In this document: piece after piece, positions 38,505 through 51,389 of the stretch | How positions within the stretch are numbered: position 1 is the first letter of the stretch | How the letters are laid out: each line of letters starts with the position of its first letter | Source: Botryllus schlosseri | Taxonomy: Eukaryota | Assembly: GCA_051294905.1 (NCBI GenBank) | Contig: CM119371.1 | Span: 12,154,001-12,218,000, forward strand | Length of the DNA: 64,000 nt | Direction of reading: 5' to 3' | Notes under the pieces: model-generated | Told to the model about the DNA's origin: nothing | The model's database searches: none | What the model saw: the letters and a program-made list of their open reading frames with translations, nothing else | Made by a program: the position numbers and the translations under genes

Positions 38505-39367
38505 GATTAGACTGTCATTTCAATCTTACGTCAATGTGCGTCCGATGCTGTCAGGCTGTTTCTCTTGAGCTGCACTCTCGTTTTGCCGGACAGAATTGTT
38601 GTGTCACAATGGAAAATTTGAGGATGATTTTTGGGGTTCTAGGGCCGTAAAATTGCCTTTGGCCAAATGAAAAGTATGATGTAAATCCAAATGCAGTGAC
38701 CCGTCCAATCTTGCTGTGTCCACACCGTTTTGGGACTCTATGATCTCACCACTTAGAAGTCAAATCCTATGGTGTGTACACGCCGGGAGTTCTTTCCATT
38801 TCTAATGCCATAAAATCTTGACGCAAAATCATTATTTTAGAATATTATGTAATATTATACCAGAGGTAAAGGAACGAAGTTGTGTAGTTGTTGAAAATAA
38901 GACAAAATAAGGACGCAAGTCGAAAATAAGGACATGTCTTAGAAATAAGGACAGTTGAGTTTTCTAAGACCTGACCTTTGAAAATAAGGACAAATCTTAG
39001 AAATAAGGACGGTATGACAACCCTGAATATAACATTAGCGTCCATTCAGGCGAACTGAGATACACATTGTATTTTGCGGGAATTGTTTTTCTGTATTCAA
39101 TCTGCATTTTGAACAGATTATGCGGTAAGGCAGATCTGAAGAATATTGGTGCAATAAGCTCTGTAAGGATTAAGTCGACATTGCCATTGCATTGAGAGTT
39201 TATTCTCTATACCAGTTGTGAAATTAAATACGAGTCGTGAAATTACATATATTATAGTTTTAACAAGTTTATATGTCATACATGGTAAATATATTATCTG
39301 AGTGGCAACTTAGCTGGGACACGCTATTTCATCATCATAAATTCTACTCAGGCTTTTGATTGAAGTG

Positions 39368-39815
39368 TAGGGCTGGGCAAAATCGAGTACCTGAGTGATT
39401 CGATTCTGAATCACGTAATATGCTTCGAGTCGAGTCGAGTAATCGAGTGTCACTCATTATGACGTCATAAAAGAATATGATGCCAGTTATCCATCTCATA
39501 AAAGATACTTGGGTATTTTTTCTACCACACCGATTTCATTCCATTGGTGATAATGTTGTGGGATAATTAGTAACCTTCGTAGCTTTGTACCATGTGTTTC
39601 GTTTCGTATGCTACGATACCGCCAAACAAGGGTTCAAGGCTTCAACAGTGGAAAATTAGTATCGAAACTATAATTCTCGTTCATAAATTAACTTTCAGTG
39701 GTGAGAAGCGTATAATTTCACTACTCGAAAAAATCGTTTTTTACTACTCGACTCGAATCATTAAAATTAATACTCGATTCAGATTCGAGTACTCGAATCA
39801 TTGTGCCCAGCCCTA
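39368..39815 (+). mobile_element. TAGGGCTGGGCA MITE (copy 3)
   Basis: Same TIRs and body; TSD imperfect (tgaagtg on both sides). Confidence 0.85.
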
Positions 39816-40449
39816 TAATGAAGTGTGATATCAAATAATGAGGAAAGTAGCCAGTGGAAGATATGTGCATGAATATGTGCAAAACCCCATAATGCTATGC
39901 TATCTTGTCGATATGTAATTATGTTACATACGGTAATAAACACTATTAACACTTCGCTTTTGCTGTTCGCAAACTGTTCTAACTGCCTTTGTGACGCTAT
40001 GTTCATAACAGCAGTATAGGTTTTACAATTTAGCATAAACAATACTAACTTGACAGTTCCTGTACCAGACTGCATACTCGTCGCATATGCTGTCACTTTC
40101 TGCACGAAGCTCGGGGATTGCGTTACATCGCTGCGAACGGATTCCTGTGCGGTGTACGATCTCACATGTCTGCATTCTAAACCGATGACGCGCGAGTCAG
40201 CGTGCAATTGCTTCTACTGTGCAAGTAGTCTGATCGATTATCGAACTGAACTAGATAAATATGCTATTACTTTGCATTTCACTACAGACATCCGATGCCA
40301 CGCGCCTTAATAGCGTGACGTGTGTATTCCAAGAATAAACATTTTTGAACTGCATCACTGACGATACCTCTTAGTTCACAATTCACATATATACCGCCAC
40401 CTGACGGCATGATAATCCACCTACACATTCATAAGATACAACTTAAGGT

Positions 40450-40715
40450 CATATCAGTGGTGATTAGTTTACTTGTATAATTCACAGCAGCAACGGCAAT
40501 GGATTGCGGATTCGAGTCCGACCTCCGACGGTGGTCCACTTCAGGATTCCTACGTATGTGTTGGAAATTTATCTAGGTTCTTCTTCGCCATATCGGCCGT
40601 AAAAGCCTGGAAGTGGATCGTGCTATAAGTCGGCAGCCACAGAATAAAAATGAAGGAAAATGGCCTGATGTAAATGACCACAAAAGTCGAAAAACACTAT
40701 GAATACCATAAACAA
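40450..40715 (+). mobile_element. Diverged copy of the tRNA-derived SINE
   Basis: B-box-like GATTCGAGTCC; body and tail match 8057-8320. Confidence 0.65.
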
Positions 40716-41153
40716 CAAAGCTATAATGTTTATGTGTAATATATTTGTATAAACTGTATCAGTTTATTCAAAACCATATATACGAGATTTGATAATGACT
40801 TGAAATGAAATGAATACGGAACACATTAGCAGTCTTTAGAAAATATTTACCTTGGTATAAATCAGGGGTTCCTTGGGAATCTATGGTTCTTTTGATGACA
40901 TATGACTCTCAGAGAAATATAAAATGTGATTTATTTCGTATTAATGAAAATCAAATTGAAAGCAAAATCAAAATCTCTTTCAAATCTGCTTTGTTATTCT
41001 TCATCAGAAATACACATTCGTGCTGTACTTTGCACGGTTTACATACAACGCATGTAACGCATCTCCCAACTTTCTATGATTCTCATAAGGAAAATACTAG
41101 TGAAACGAAATGAGGAATATGGACTACAGCTAATACCGAAATTTCAGATCAGT

Positions 41154-42153
41154 CGGGTGGTAATGACTAGGGCTGGGCACAATGATTCGAGTACTCGAAT
41201 CTGAATCGAGTGTTAATTTTAATGATTCGAGTCGAGTAGTAAAAGACGATTTTTTCGAGTACTGAAATTATACGCTACTTGCCACTGAAAGTTAATTTAT
41301 TACCGAAAATTATAGTTTCGATACAAATTTTTACTGTCGAAGCCTTGAAAGCTTGATTGGCCGTATCGTAGCATAAGAAACATTTAGTACAAAGCTACGA
41401 ACGTTACTGGAAATAGCACATTTCCGAAGCCGTGATCATCTCACAGCATCGTCACCAAGTGCAATGAAATCGGTATGGTCGAAAAATACCAAAGTATCTT
41501 TAATGTGATGGATAACAGGCATTATATCCTTTGCGGTGGCATATAAAAGGTACATATTTGAACTTTGACGTATTGCATTCTGTTATGACGCCATAATGAG
41601 CAATACTCGATTACTCGACTCGACTCGACGCATATTACGTGATTCAGAATCGAATCACTCAGGTACTCGATTTTGCCCAGCCCTAGTAATGACTTGAGTC
41701 ATATCTCGACTCGAATCGCGATTTTTCAGTGACTAGACTTTCGTCGACTCGATTTGAGGCAATTTCTGTAATGACTCGACTTGTACTCGAGTCACTACAC
41801 ATGACTCAACCAAGTCATAAAACTCAGGACTCGGACGGCCTAGACAGGCATTTCGTTGTAACTTCGAAAAATAGTAGCCTAGGCTAGGCTACCGCATAAT
41901 GCTAGGCAATAAATATCAACTGAACATAGTTACAAAAAGGTGAGTTGAACATGATTGACCTTGAAAATGAACAGGTAACACAATGACTTGGACTCAGACT
42001 CGAGTCTCAACACTTTGACTATATGGACTAAAACCTTTGAACCCTGACTATGACACGGACTTGACTCGGTGGTGAATTGAAAATGACTCGAGTCAAAACT
42101 AATAAAGTAGAATTGATTATGACTCGGGACCTTGTGACTAGATTACAACCCTG
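41154..42153. mobile_element. GACTC-repeat element (sister of 58366-58899), left end interrupted by a MITE
   Basis: Right end GATTACAACCCTG; body colinear with 58366-58899. Confidence 0.7.
41168..41685 (-). mobile_element. TAGGGCTGGGCA MITE (copy 4, reverse orientation)
   Basis: Perfect TSD GTAATGAC. Confidence 0.9.
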
Positions 42154-42370
42154 GGATTTGGTAATATTTGATAGATCACGACACAAGAGCAAAATTGATT
42201 GATATGGCCTCGAGAAATACTATTGACACGCTGACTTCGAAAATATCCGCCAAACAATTTCGAGAAATTAAAAAATCGACATGGTCCAGCACAGGGGTTC
42301 TCGGCCATTTTTTGACTGTGGCCCATTTTCCGGTTTGAAAATGTTCTGTGACCCACCTGTTATCCTAGAG

Positions 42371-43151
42371 CAATGGTTCCCAACCTTTTTGTCTTCATTC
42401 CCCACTTCAGATTCATTCCGAGTCTTCATTCCCCACCAGGACCGTAACTCTACTTTGTCAGCCCCGCCATAAAAATTTTGGTCTTGGGCCCCCACAACCC
42501 CCTCAGCCCCGCTGAGCGTGTAAGCTTTTTCCCTGTGCCCAATAATCAGATATTCGGCAATACGAAATCGCGCAACAAGCGCGATAAAAATTTCGAAAAA
42601 GTGGCATAAATTTTAAAAAAATACTTGAATTGATGTTAATTCACGAAATAATTTGGACCCCTTCGAGCTCACCCCCCCCCCCAATCGAGGGGTTTGGGGT
42701 GTGGCAGTTACGGTTCAGATCCCCACTACCCAGCACTTTTGTCATCACAGAGCAGCTATTTGCTGGTTTGAATACACAAGACACCCAACCACACCAGTAC
42801 GCAAGACAATCGCCTATAACTGCAACATAAAACGTATTGTGAATAGACACCAGTAACGCTCAAATTTTCACGAAATCGTTATTTCACGTCACACTAGTCG
42901 TGCTGGATGCGTTTGTGACGCCATGATTGGCCATCCAGACTTAAAAATGAGGTTTGTGAACAACACGCAGTATAATTTTCGATACATAGACCTACATTCC
43001 AGAGCAGTTAACTGGTAACAGTAGTTGCGCATGTGTCTCCGTGAATATGTAGACTTTCCTGTATATAATTTTGATCAAATGCGTCTATTCCTCACCAGAA
43101 ACCATTGAATTCTCCACCAGTGGGGAATTCCCAACTGTTTGGGAATCACTG
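42371..43151. mobile_element. hAT (Buster/Charlie-like) element
   Basis: CAATGGTTCCCAA...TTGGGAATCACTG; perfect TSD TCCTAGAG; empty site seen near 14560. Confidence 0.85.
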
Positions 43152-43723
43152 TCCTAGAGTAATAGTCCTGTTCAATCAGTGGTAATCGCCACCGCCGATA
43201 TGGCTATTTCTCTAAAATATGCACATTACTAATCATATTTAAATATGTGCCTGTATGAACATGAAATCGCGCGAAGGACGACGAAAATTTTAGAGTGGAA
43301 TAAATCTCCAACAAACATCCAACGAAATAATTTTGTGCAACTTCGTTCTCCCCCAATTGGGGGTTTACGCGTGGGAAAGTTACGGCCCTGCAAGATTGTA
43401 TCACTCTTGTGTACATCCACTGTTCCACTCATGTCGCGAAACCCAATGAACCAATCCCTGCATCCACCGCGTGATTGTCGTTTTAGTTCCACAATGGTGG
43501 GAAATAATTCAACCAATAACCATTATAGGTCCACTTCAAGCAATTCTTCAGTGAATGGGATACTATACAGAGAAGTGGAGAAAGATTTTTTAATATGCTA
43601 GCTGTACTATGTACTATGTACAATGTACATAGTACAGCTAGCAGATTAAAAAAACTTGAGTCGTCCCAACACTGGATTTAATACTCTGACATCGCAACTT
43701 CAATAAGTACAAGACATACTATC

Positions 43724-44627
43724 CAGTGTTGGGATGACTCAAGTCATGACTTGACTCGAGTCAGACTCGAGTCACATTTTTCGAATGACTTGACTTGACT
43801 CGAGTCACTTTGCTAAAATGACTTGACTTGACTTGACTCGTGACTCGGAGCAAAATTAACGAGTCAATTTCGAGTCATCAAATAATCGGTGTCGATGAAG
43901 ATCACTGAATCTTGCATATGTTCGGATTGTTCGCGAAACGCTGGTGCAACCGTGAGCGCGACCAATCATTTAATGATCGTGCGTTTTACTGAGCCTCCAT
44001 TGTTCCCTCACAAATAAATTGACCGCAAACGAAGTGATCGAAGCTTACAGCTTACGTTGTCGTAAACTAATATAGTAAAGTAATTATTCTCTGTTTTTTA
44101 CCTAAACCAAACCTCTTGTTTTATTGAAATTGAATTCGAATATAGTTTATATAGTCCTCAACCATGGGCACAGGCTCGAATTTATCATATCGATTTGTAA
44201 ATGGGTAATGTATTGCATCCTATCAATTCGTATCTATCCTCTATTTAGGCTGGTAACTATAAACTGTGGTCTAGCAGTTCTACGTATCTGTGAGCGATAC
44301 AGCGTCTTCTTGCGTGAATATTAAACTCTATATTCGTTCATCGGTTCAAAATCAATGACCTCTCAATCTGTTTTTCAGACAGCTTTCAAAATGCAATGAC
44401 GTTATCATGCCTCGTGCTTCGAAAAGGCAACTTGACTTGAATTGTGACTTGACTCGTGACTTGACTTGACTTGACTCGACTTGACTCGAGTCACCTCCAA
44501 AAATCGAATGACTTGACTTGACTCGAATCACCTTTGAAAATCGATTAACTTGACTTGACTCGAGTCGAAATGGGCAATGACTCGAAATGACTCGTGACTC
44601 GAAGGTAGTGACTTGATCCCAACACTG
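43724..44627. mobile_element. GAGTC/TCAAG-repeat element (inverted sister of 22013-22920)
   Basis: TIR CAGTGTTGGGAT...ATCCCAACACTG; right flank attaaatc, left flank rearranged. Confidence 0.85.
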
Positions 44628-46653
44628 ATTAAATCCAATGATACAATCAATTCATTTGACTCTTACATTATGTACAATGGTTTCAAGTCAGGAAATTTTT
44701 AGACCGACTCCAAAGAGGAATGTGCTGCGCTAACTCCTCAATCCATTACGATTCGTTGCGGTGATGCCGTGTAGGCCTACTTCAACAGGAAGTTGAAAAT
44801 TGATAATAAATTGCAATTGTGACTATGTTATGGTATACTATAATACGATCTGCTGAAGTACCGTAAATCTACATCAAATGCACTTCAGTCAGAGTTTATT
44901 GCACACCATTTTCAAGGGCATACGACGAATGACATTGCCTGACTACTTGGTTACTTCAACATTAACTTCCAGTTATTATATAATCGAAACTATTTTCGTT
45001 ACTGTTAGCTGATAGGTTGTCAGAGCCGGGGGGACAAACGCCGTCGTTTCCCCTCCCATTTTCGAATTGTAGATTGTGACTCTATACGTGCCAGTCTCAT
45101 CATAGTCGGATGGAAAGCTTTATGTGGCATACGTATAATTCGATAATATGAATACATTTTTGAATATATGAACATAACCAATATAACTAAACTTTCATCA
45201 ATTCTACAATTTTCCAAATAGCTCTGTAGCCCACCTCAAATTACTCGTGGCCATGGCCCACCCTTTGAGAACCCCTGGACTAGCAGCAACAAAATAACAA
45301 TAAAAATTAGCCTACCTATTTCGGCGTTCCAATTATTCACTACAAAACCCGAATTCAACGGCTGTAACTAAGTCACATGGTTCCAAGTCACAAGTCAATC
45401 TTACTTTACTGTTATTAATGGAATTGAGTCATTTCGACTGCATAATTTAGTCAAGTCCAAGTCATGGTGCAAAGGATCGCGCTCGAGTCTAAGTCATTAT
45501 GTTTACTGTTCAAGTAATTTTCAACGCAATTTTTACAACACTGCTCGTTTGATATCGAATGCCTCGCATTCATAATGTGCTGATTTCTATTATTGTTAGC
45601 AATTTCTGACCTCAATTTCGATGTACGAGTACCGATAGACGAAATACCAATAATATGGAACTTTACTATTGTTCGAATTTACAATGAAAATACCTGTCTC
45701 AACTATCCTAGTTTCGAGTCATATGACTTGGTCGAATCATGCGCAACGACACGAGTACAAAAGGAGTAAGTCGAGTCGATTGATTTTCAGTTTTCAAGAA
45801 AGTAACTCGAGTAAGGTCGACTCATCGTGCCAACCTTGCCAAGTTCCAGCGTTATATGTTGTCAAATGGTGCAGCAACGTACTACGCATGCATCAGCAGG
45901 TTGTTGTCTATGGAGTCGGAAGAAAACATCAACTTCCACACTTCTATCAATTATTTTTTTCTGGATAGATTCCTCAACTCCGGCTTACGGCAAAAGGTGC
46001 AAGTGTGTTTCGAAACGAGATTCAAACACTGTGCGTCTGCCAGTAGTGCCTTTGTTGATTTATGGCCTCTCCCTCGAAGCCGATGGTCCTTTGGCTCACG
46101 ATACTTTTGCCCCACCATCTAGTATCCCGAAGGGATCTTTGGTTTCCGCGCTGGTCGTAGCGTCGAAGCTGCCTTGAAACGGAAGTCTAGTTGGATATGA
46201 GGAATCTGCTGACCGGGTCGATCTATTCAACGTTATGTGTTTTCTTAGGAGAGACCGAATCTTCCGGTGACTTTCTCTTCAAATGTTGTCAGTTGGGATT
46301 CGATTTAGGATCGGCATCATTCGACGACTCAAATTCCTCCTTTGTCTTCTTCTTTGTGACACATGTCGCTTTACGCTGTTCTTTCATTCCGAGCTTTCCT
46401 AGAAGATAGGAATCGGTTGATTTGACCAGGAAAAATAGTGGCCGTATCACAGAATATTGGTATACTTTCAAAAATCTGAAGGAAATATTAATTCAAATGT
46501 TCGAGTCGAGTAGTGAGATATGATTTTTTCGAGCACTGATATTAAGCTTGTTGCTACTATAGAATTGATTAACCGATTGGCACTAGCGGGTTTTTCCGAA
46601 CAATTTTGCTTCACTTTTCAAAACTGAAAAACACGACCTCAACGGGATGCGAA

Positions 46654-47133
46654 CAGGGCTGGGCAAAATCGAGTACCTGGGTGATTCGATTATGAATCAC
46701 GTATTATGCTTCGAGTCGAGCCGAGTAATCGAGTATCACTCGTTATGACGTTACAACAAAGAATATATTTGCCTGATATCCAGCACATTAGAGATACCTG
46801 GTATTTGTTCGACCGTACCGATTTCATTGCAAACTGTAACAATATTGTGGGGATATCATGAATTCCGAACTACGGTATTTCCCGTAACGTCTGTAGCTTT
46901 GTACTAGTACTTCAACATGTTTCATATATTGCAATACGGCCAGTCGTGGTCTCAAGGTTTCGACAGGGGGAAATAATATCGGGGAAGCATAATTTTTGTG
47001 GATAAATCAACTTCCAGTTGCAATGAGCGTATAATTTCAGCACTAGAAAAAATAGTCTTTACTTCTCGACTCGAATCATTAAAATTGATACTCGATTCAG
47101 ATTTGCGTACTCAAATCATTGTGCGCAGCCCTA
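46654..47133 (+). mobile_element. TAGGGCTGGGCA MITE (copy 5, more diverged)
   Basis: CAGGGCTGGGCA...TGCGCAGCCCTA; flanks gatgcgaa/gatgtaaa. Confidence 0.8.
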
Positions 47134-47189
47134 GATGTAAACTGGAATACATCGTTGGACTCAGAATATCCACTTCTAAACATCTACGC

Positions 47190-47545
47190 CAGTGGTTCCC
47201 AGCGTGGGCGATATCTCCCCCCAGGGGGCGATTTAATGGTCTAGGGGGGGGGGTGAAGGGGGCGATAGGGGGGCGAAAATGGACAAAGGGGCGAAAGTAG
47301 CGAAGGGGCGATAGGGGGGCGATGACGCGTTAAATGGCTATATTGGAGTCAAGTTGGAGAAATTACCTTTTTTTTAGTTGCAAAAGCGTGAAATTCGACA
47401 TTGAGCCTGACCTTTTTTTTTTCAGTCAACCCGCCGGTGATTACAGTTTGTATGCCTATTTTCTCGCTTCGCAAAATTTGGGTGGCGATGATCGGTTTTG
47501 AGCTTGAAAAGGGGGTGATGAGTCGAAAAAGGTTGGGAACCACTG
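47190..47545. mobile_element. hAT MITE with GGGGCGA repeats
   Basis: CAGTGGTTCCCA...TGGGAACCACTG; perfect TSD ATCTACGC. Confidence 0.9.
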
Positions 47546-48019
47546 ATCTACGCTATGAAACGCAACGAGAACAGTTCAACCGCGTATGTATATAGCCTAG
47601 AAGACTAGAAACCTTGTAAAAATGTACATTACGGGTGTTGAAAAATGACTTTTTTTCTCACATTGTGCTGGTTACTTGATAAAATTGTTAGGTTAACTAA
47701 TTAAAGCCCGTACATTGAATTTGGTTCAATTCCAACCAGTAGCCAGATTGCTACAGGAGAAGAACGTTTTATTAATTATTATATAAATATAAATTAAAAA
47801 AATTAAAAAATCTGTTCATCCCATGAAATTGTTAGGTTGTCTATGGAAACGAAGCTCATCTCTAATGTACATTTTGGCTACTTCCTTATAGAGTCCACTA
47901 CGTAAACCTAGCGCGAATATATACGTGCTGTTAACTACGACAGAGATAACATCTTTCAACACGAGAGACTGATTTTTCTCAACTTATGCAATCGATACGA
48001 TCAAAACACTATTCAGCGT

Positions 48020-48280
48020 TTGACCGTAAACCGCAGACTGATTCATGCGTCAGCCAGGTATTTAATAAGAAGTAGAGGCCGCATTCTTGAAGACAACATT
48101 GTCAGAATGAAGCAACACGGTGTGTCACCAGCAGTGTACGCACAACTTCAGTGTTGTCAGCCAAAAACTGCTGCTGCTGAACGTTCGTTCTCAATTCTTG
48201 GTAAGCTATTTAGTAAGGATAGACACTTTCTACCCGATAATGTGGGGAAAGTATCTATCGTCGTACTACAACAACAAATT
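48020..48280 (+). pseudogene. hAT-like transposase C-terminal fragment
   Basis: QLQCCQPKTAAAERSFSILGKL...RHF aligns by eye with the 37412-37681 peptide. Confidence 0.65.
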
Positions 48281-48860
48281 TTAATTTTTTCTACTATAAC
48301 ACGTGATGTAACTACTGAATTTAGTTCAAATAAGGTAAAAATTTGTCAGATTCAAGTCAAAAATGTTTTTCAGGCAAAATTACTTCGTAACGACTGACAG
48401 CTCCAACCAGAAATGAAGATAAGTAGTGCAATTTCAACATAATATGGGAAACAGCTAATTTGCATACGTGAGGTCGGAATTTGGGTAAAATTTTGAGTTT
48501 TTCAAGTCAAAATCTTCCGTTTTTTAGGTGAAAAAATAGACCTAGGCATGAAATTGATTTCGTGTCTTAATGACGTCATGGATTTTCGATCGTGACGTGA
48601 CAGTTGACATTGGTGTTTGCCTCTTTGGGCATGACAATTGGAAATTTAGGGTCAATATGGCTCTTTCGCCGATAAAGGTTTCCGACCCTTGGGTTATAGA
48701 ATGAAGTTACTACGTTGTTTTCTGATTGCAATGGCCAACCCCAATGTCTCATCTGCTTTGTAACTATTTATATCAGAAAGAAATACAGTGTTTGCCACTA
48801 TTCCACAAGGAGGCACATTAAATGGTCAGTAACAAAACGTGATCAAGAATTATGTCACAG

Positions 48861-48932
48861 ATTGCGTTTGATCAGGCCACGCAACTTTTCCCGAACCTCA
48901 ACGATGTCACCTCGAGTCTTAGCGAGGAGCAG
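48861..48932 (+). CDS. Candidate upstream exon of the single-pass membrane protein (IAFDQATQLFPNLNDVTSSLSEEQ)
   Basis: gtcacag acceptor, CAG|gtaaac donor, 72 nt, open, phase 0-0. Confidence 0.4.
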
Positions 48933-49358
48933 GTAAACGGACATTTGAGAATGGGCATCGAATACGACGATTTTTATCCTTTGTGAGCTCCTCATATTCG
49001 CAGCTAAACATCGGGTTCGTATCATGATACAAAATGACAATCCACCTGTGTTTGCATTGCTTTGTGTCATAGCGGTAATAGCTAGGATATTTTAATACGC
49101 CATATCAGCAATGATTAAAATCGATAAAAATGTGATATTTGCGAAATAGCTGCCATGTTTGGAGGACCATTAAGTGACCCTGTTTGCAAGTTTGGCTATG
49201 GGGTGATAACGAGACAATTCCTGCTGAATGAAATACCTCAGATTCGGGGAAACCCTACTCAACGCGTTCGATACGCGGAATACACAAAACCAATGGCGAA
49301 ATCGTAACTTTTGAGTATATACCTATTAGTTATACGACGATCTCGCAATCAAACACAG

Positions 49359-49445
49359 GCTGGAGATAGGCCGATTGGGCATTACGAAGATACAGACGCC
49401 GAGGCGTATCTGCGTGTTGAAGCGACCGACAGATTCAATACTGAC
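49359..49445 (+). CDS. Candidate exon (AGDRPIGHYEDTDAEAYLRVEATDRFNTD)
   Basis: acacag acceptor, weak GAC|gtaaac donor, phase 0-0; read-through hits TAA just before a stronger gtgagt. Confidence 0.35.
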
Positions 49446-49675
49446 GTAAACTTTCAATATTCCCGACAATCATAAGTGAGTCACAGAGAAGAAATTTCCT
49501 TTTTTTGCTTATGATATGATATATACGTAGCCTGAGTTTGTTTGCGGTTGATTGATAGCTCTCAGGCGACAAATCAAATCCCACAACAGTATAATGAACA
49601 TGTGACAGACGGACAAATTGTCGATGATTCTATACAGCAAAACCGCTTACTTTTTTTTAGGAAATATCCACATAG

Positions 49676-49844
49676 GACACCCAGTATTTCACATCAAATG
49701 TTACGGAATCGACAACAATACAGACGTCAACCACTAACGCCAAGCTGCACGGACCAAAACGACGCAACAACCAAACATTCACTGTCGAGGGCGAAGGCGG
49801 TTTCACAACTGTCATCAACAACTACGCAGTAATTCATATTGGAT
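49676..49844 (+). CDS. Membrane protein exon: Ser/Thr-rich stalk and start of the TM helix
   Basis: DTQYFTSNVTESTTIQTSTTNAK...NNQTF...NNYAVIHIG; sequons NVT and NQT; donor T|gtaagg in phase 1 joins 51390 to complete a hydrophobic helix. Confidence 0.6.
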
Positions 49845-51389
49845 GTAAGGTCGCTTTGATGTTGCTATTTGCAGGACGTCGGTCGCGCAATTAGCAAATT
49901 ACCTAGCTTCTTGGCAACTGCTTATGGTAATAAATTCTCATTTTATATCTTCCTCGTAGGGTTGTGAACGTATCAAAATTTCACGGCGATATTAATTTGC
50001 GACATTGCTATTTGAGATGTGTCTGCGCCGTAAGTGGTCGCTACATTTTTTCATAAAACGCGCAGGAATATTTGGCATCGTATATTCGTATTGCGGCAAC
50101 AAACACTGCGTACTGCTCACTCTGTGTGCAGAGACCGGATCATTTCAGCTGCTGATTGCAGCAACATAGAATGATATGTTCGCAGTAAACACGATGCTCG
50201 ATTTTCACTGTGAGATAAGACCTTATCTAGTCGATAACTAATAATATAACGAAGGTGTATAGCGGGAACCGTAAATGTATTTCTCATTCGGATATTTTAG
50301 TGATGCCCAATCTATAGTAATACTATTAGAATCTGTTGACTGTCAAAGTCATTACGGGGACTGATTTTGAATGCTAGCTACATCCACAACCAGTGTATAG
50401 CAAGTACTGAGTTGTGATTAAATTGATGAAACGAGTAGCCCATATGAATTAGGCAATAAAGGTATGCACACGTCCGTGGTAAAGGGATACCTAATTAAAC
50501 AGTGACCATGGCATGTTTATGATCTGAACTCCGTAGATTTATTAGAGTTATTGGTAGCAGTAGCACAGTAGGTCTGATTTGCTGTAGAGAGGGAGAAGGG
50601 GATGTTCGTTTTCGTCTGCATCATCGAGATGCTTTTGACGATGAAAACGCGATACGACCGGTCATCTAGTCTGTAACCCCGTTTCTTTCTCTTCCATACT
50701 ATCCGTGGATGCGGATTGCCTAGCAGGATACCCGCGGATACCAGTCTTCGAGTCTTTGGTCAGACGCGGCCGTGGATCGAATCAAAGACCCTACCGATCA
50801 AGGAGCCGGACGCATCACCACTACACTATCTTGATCGGTAGGATAAGAAGACTGCGAGATGTTGGAACAGATTAGAAACATTGGTGATTTCGTGACGACT
50901 ACGCCATGCGTTCAATGAACATTAGCCCAATAAATAGCGGTGTGTTCGCGAGAATAGTTACCGCAGTGTTCACTAATTCGCAATTAAGCATTATTATTAC
51001 TGCAATAATCGAAGCTCATACCGCTACAATCAATACCGAATTTATGCTGTTATCAGATTATCCAGTGGCCGTTCACTACACGAATTACGAATATACAACG
51101 ATAATCGTTTATGCGTGTTTTTTCCCAATAAAGTACCAAATAATCTTGCGGAGCCTACGCATCTAACACAGCAAAGTGTGAAATGACTTCCCTAAAACAT
51201 GTTGCTACGTCACAGGCCTAAAACCGAAGATTGAAATTCAGAACTTAGCGATCTGCACCTGCGCAGACGATATAGTAGTTTGCCAACTAGTCGATCGTTG
51301 CTATGCGCAACTAATCCAATGACGGCAGTGATGCCAATAGCCTGTTACACTAGATTCTTACTTCCCACCTCAAGTTATTATACTTACAG

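Larger units (their letters stand above)
36169..39025. mobile_element. hAT-type element with AAATAAGGAC repeats; host of nested insertions
   Basis: CAGGGTTGCCAT...ATGACAACCCTG; flanks attataac/aatataac. Confidence 0.8.
42292..45277. mobile_element. hAT-type composite element hosting 42371-43151 and 43724-44627
   Basis: CAGGGGTTCTC...GAGAACCCCTG; flanks gtccagca/gactagca; reverse-oriented relative at about 17250-18675 and a left-end relative near 14487. Confidence 0.65.

Noticed and set aside
43121..43131. NF-kB-like GGGGAATTCCC and IRF-like AAAAGTGAAAG (about 33857) sites as immune enhancers
   Set aside because: Single short motifs are expected by chance in 64 kb; the first lies within a MITE end, and both are far from a defined promoter.
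45960..46410. GC-richer stretch with an acceptor-like site on the minus strand (GKLGMKEQRKATC...)
   Set aside because: Several in-frame stops and no recognisable domain; at best a decayed fragment.
50650..50837. Alternative exon ending HHHYTILI spliced to the TM exon
   Set aside because: The phase fits, but the donor (gtagga) is weaker and there is no in-frame ATG or clear acceptor. Exon 49676-49844 is better supported.
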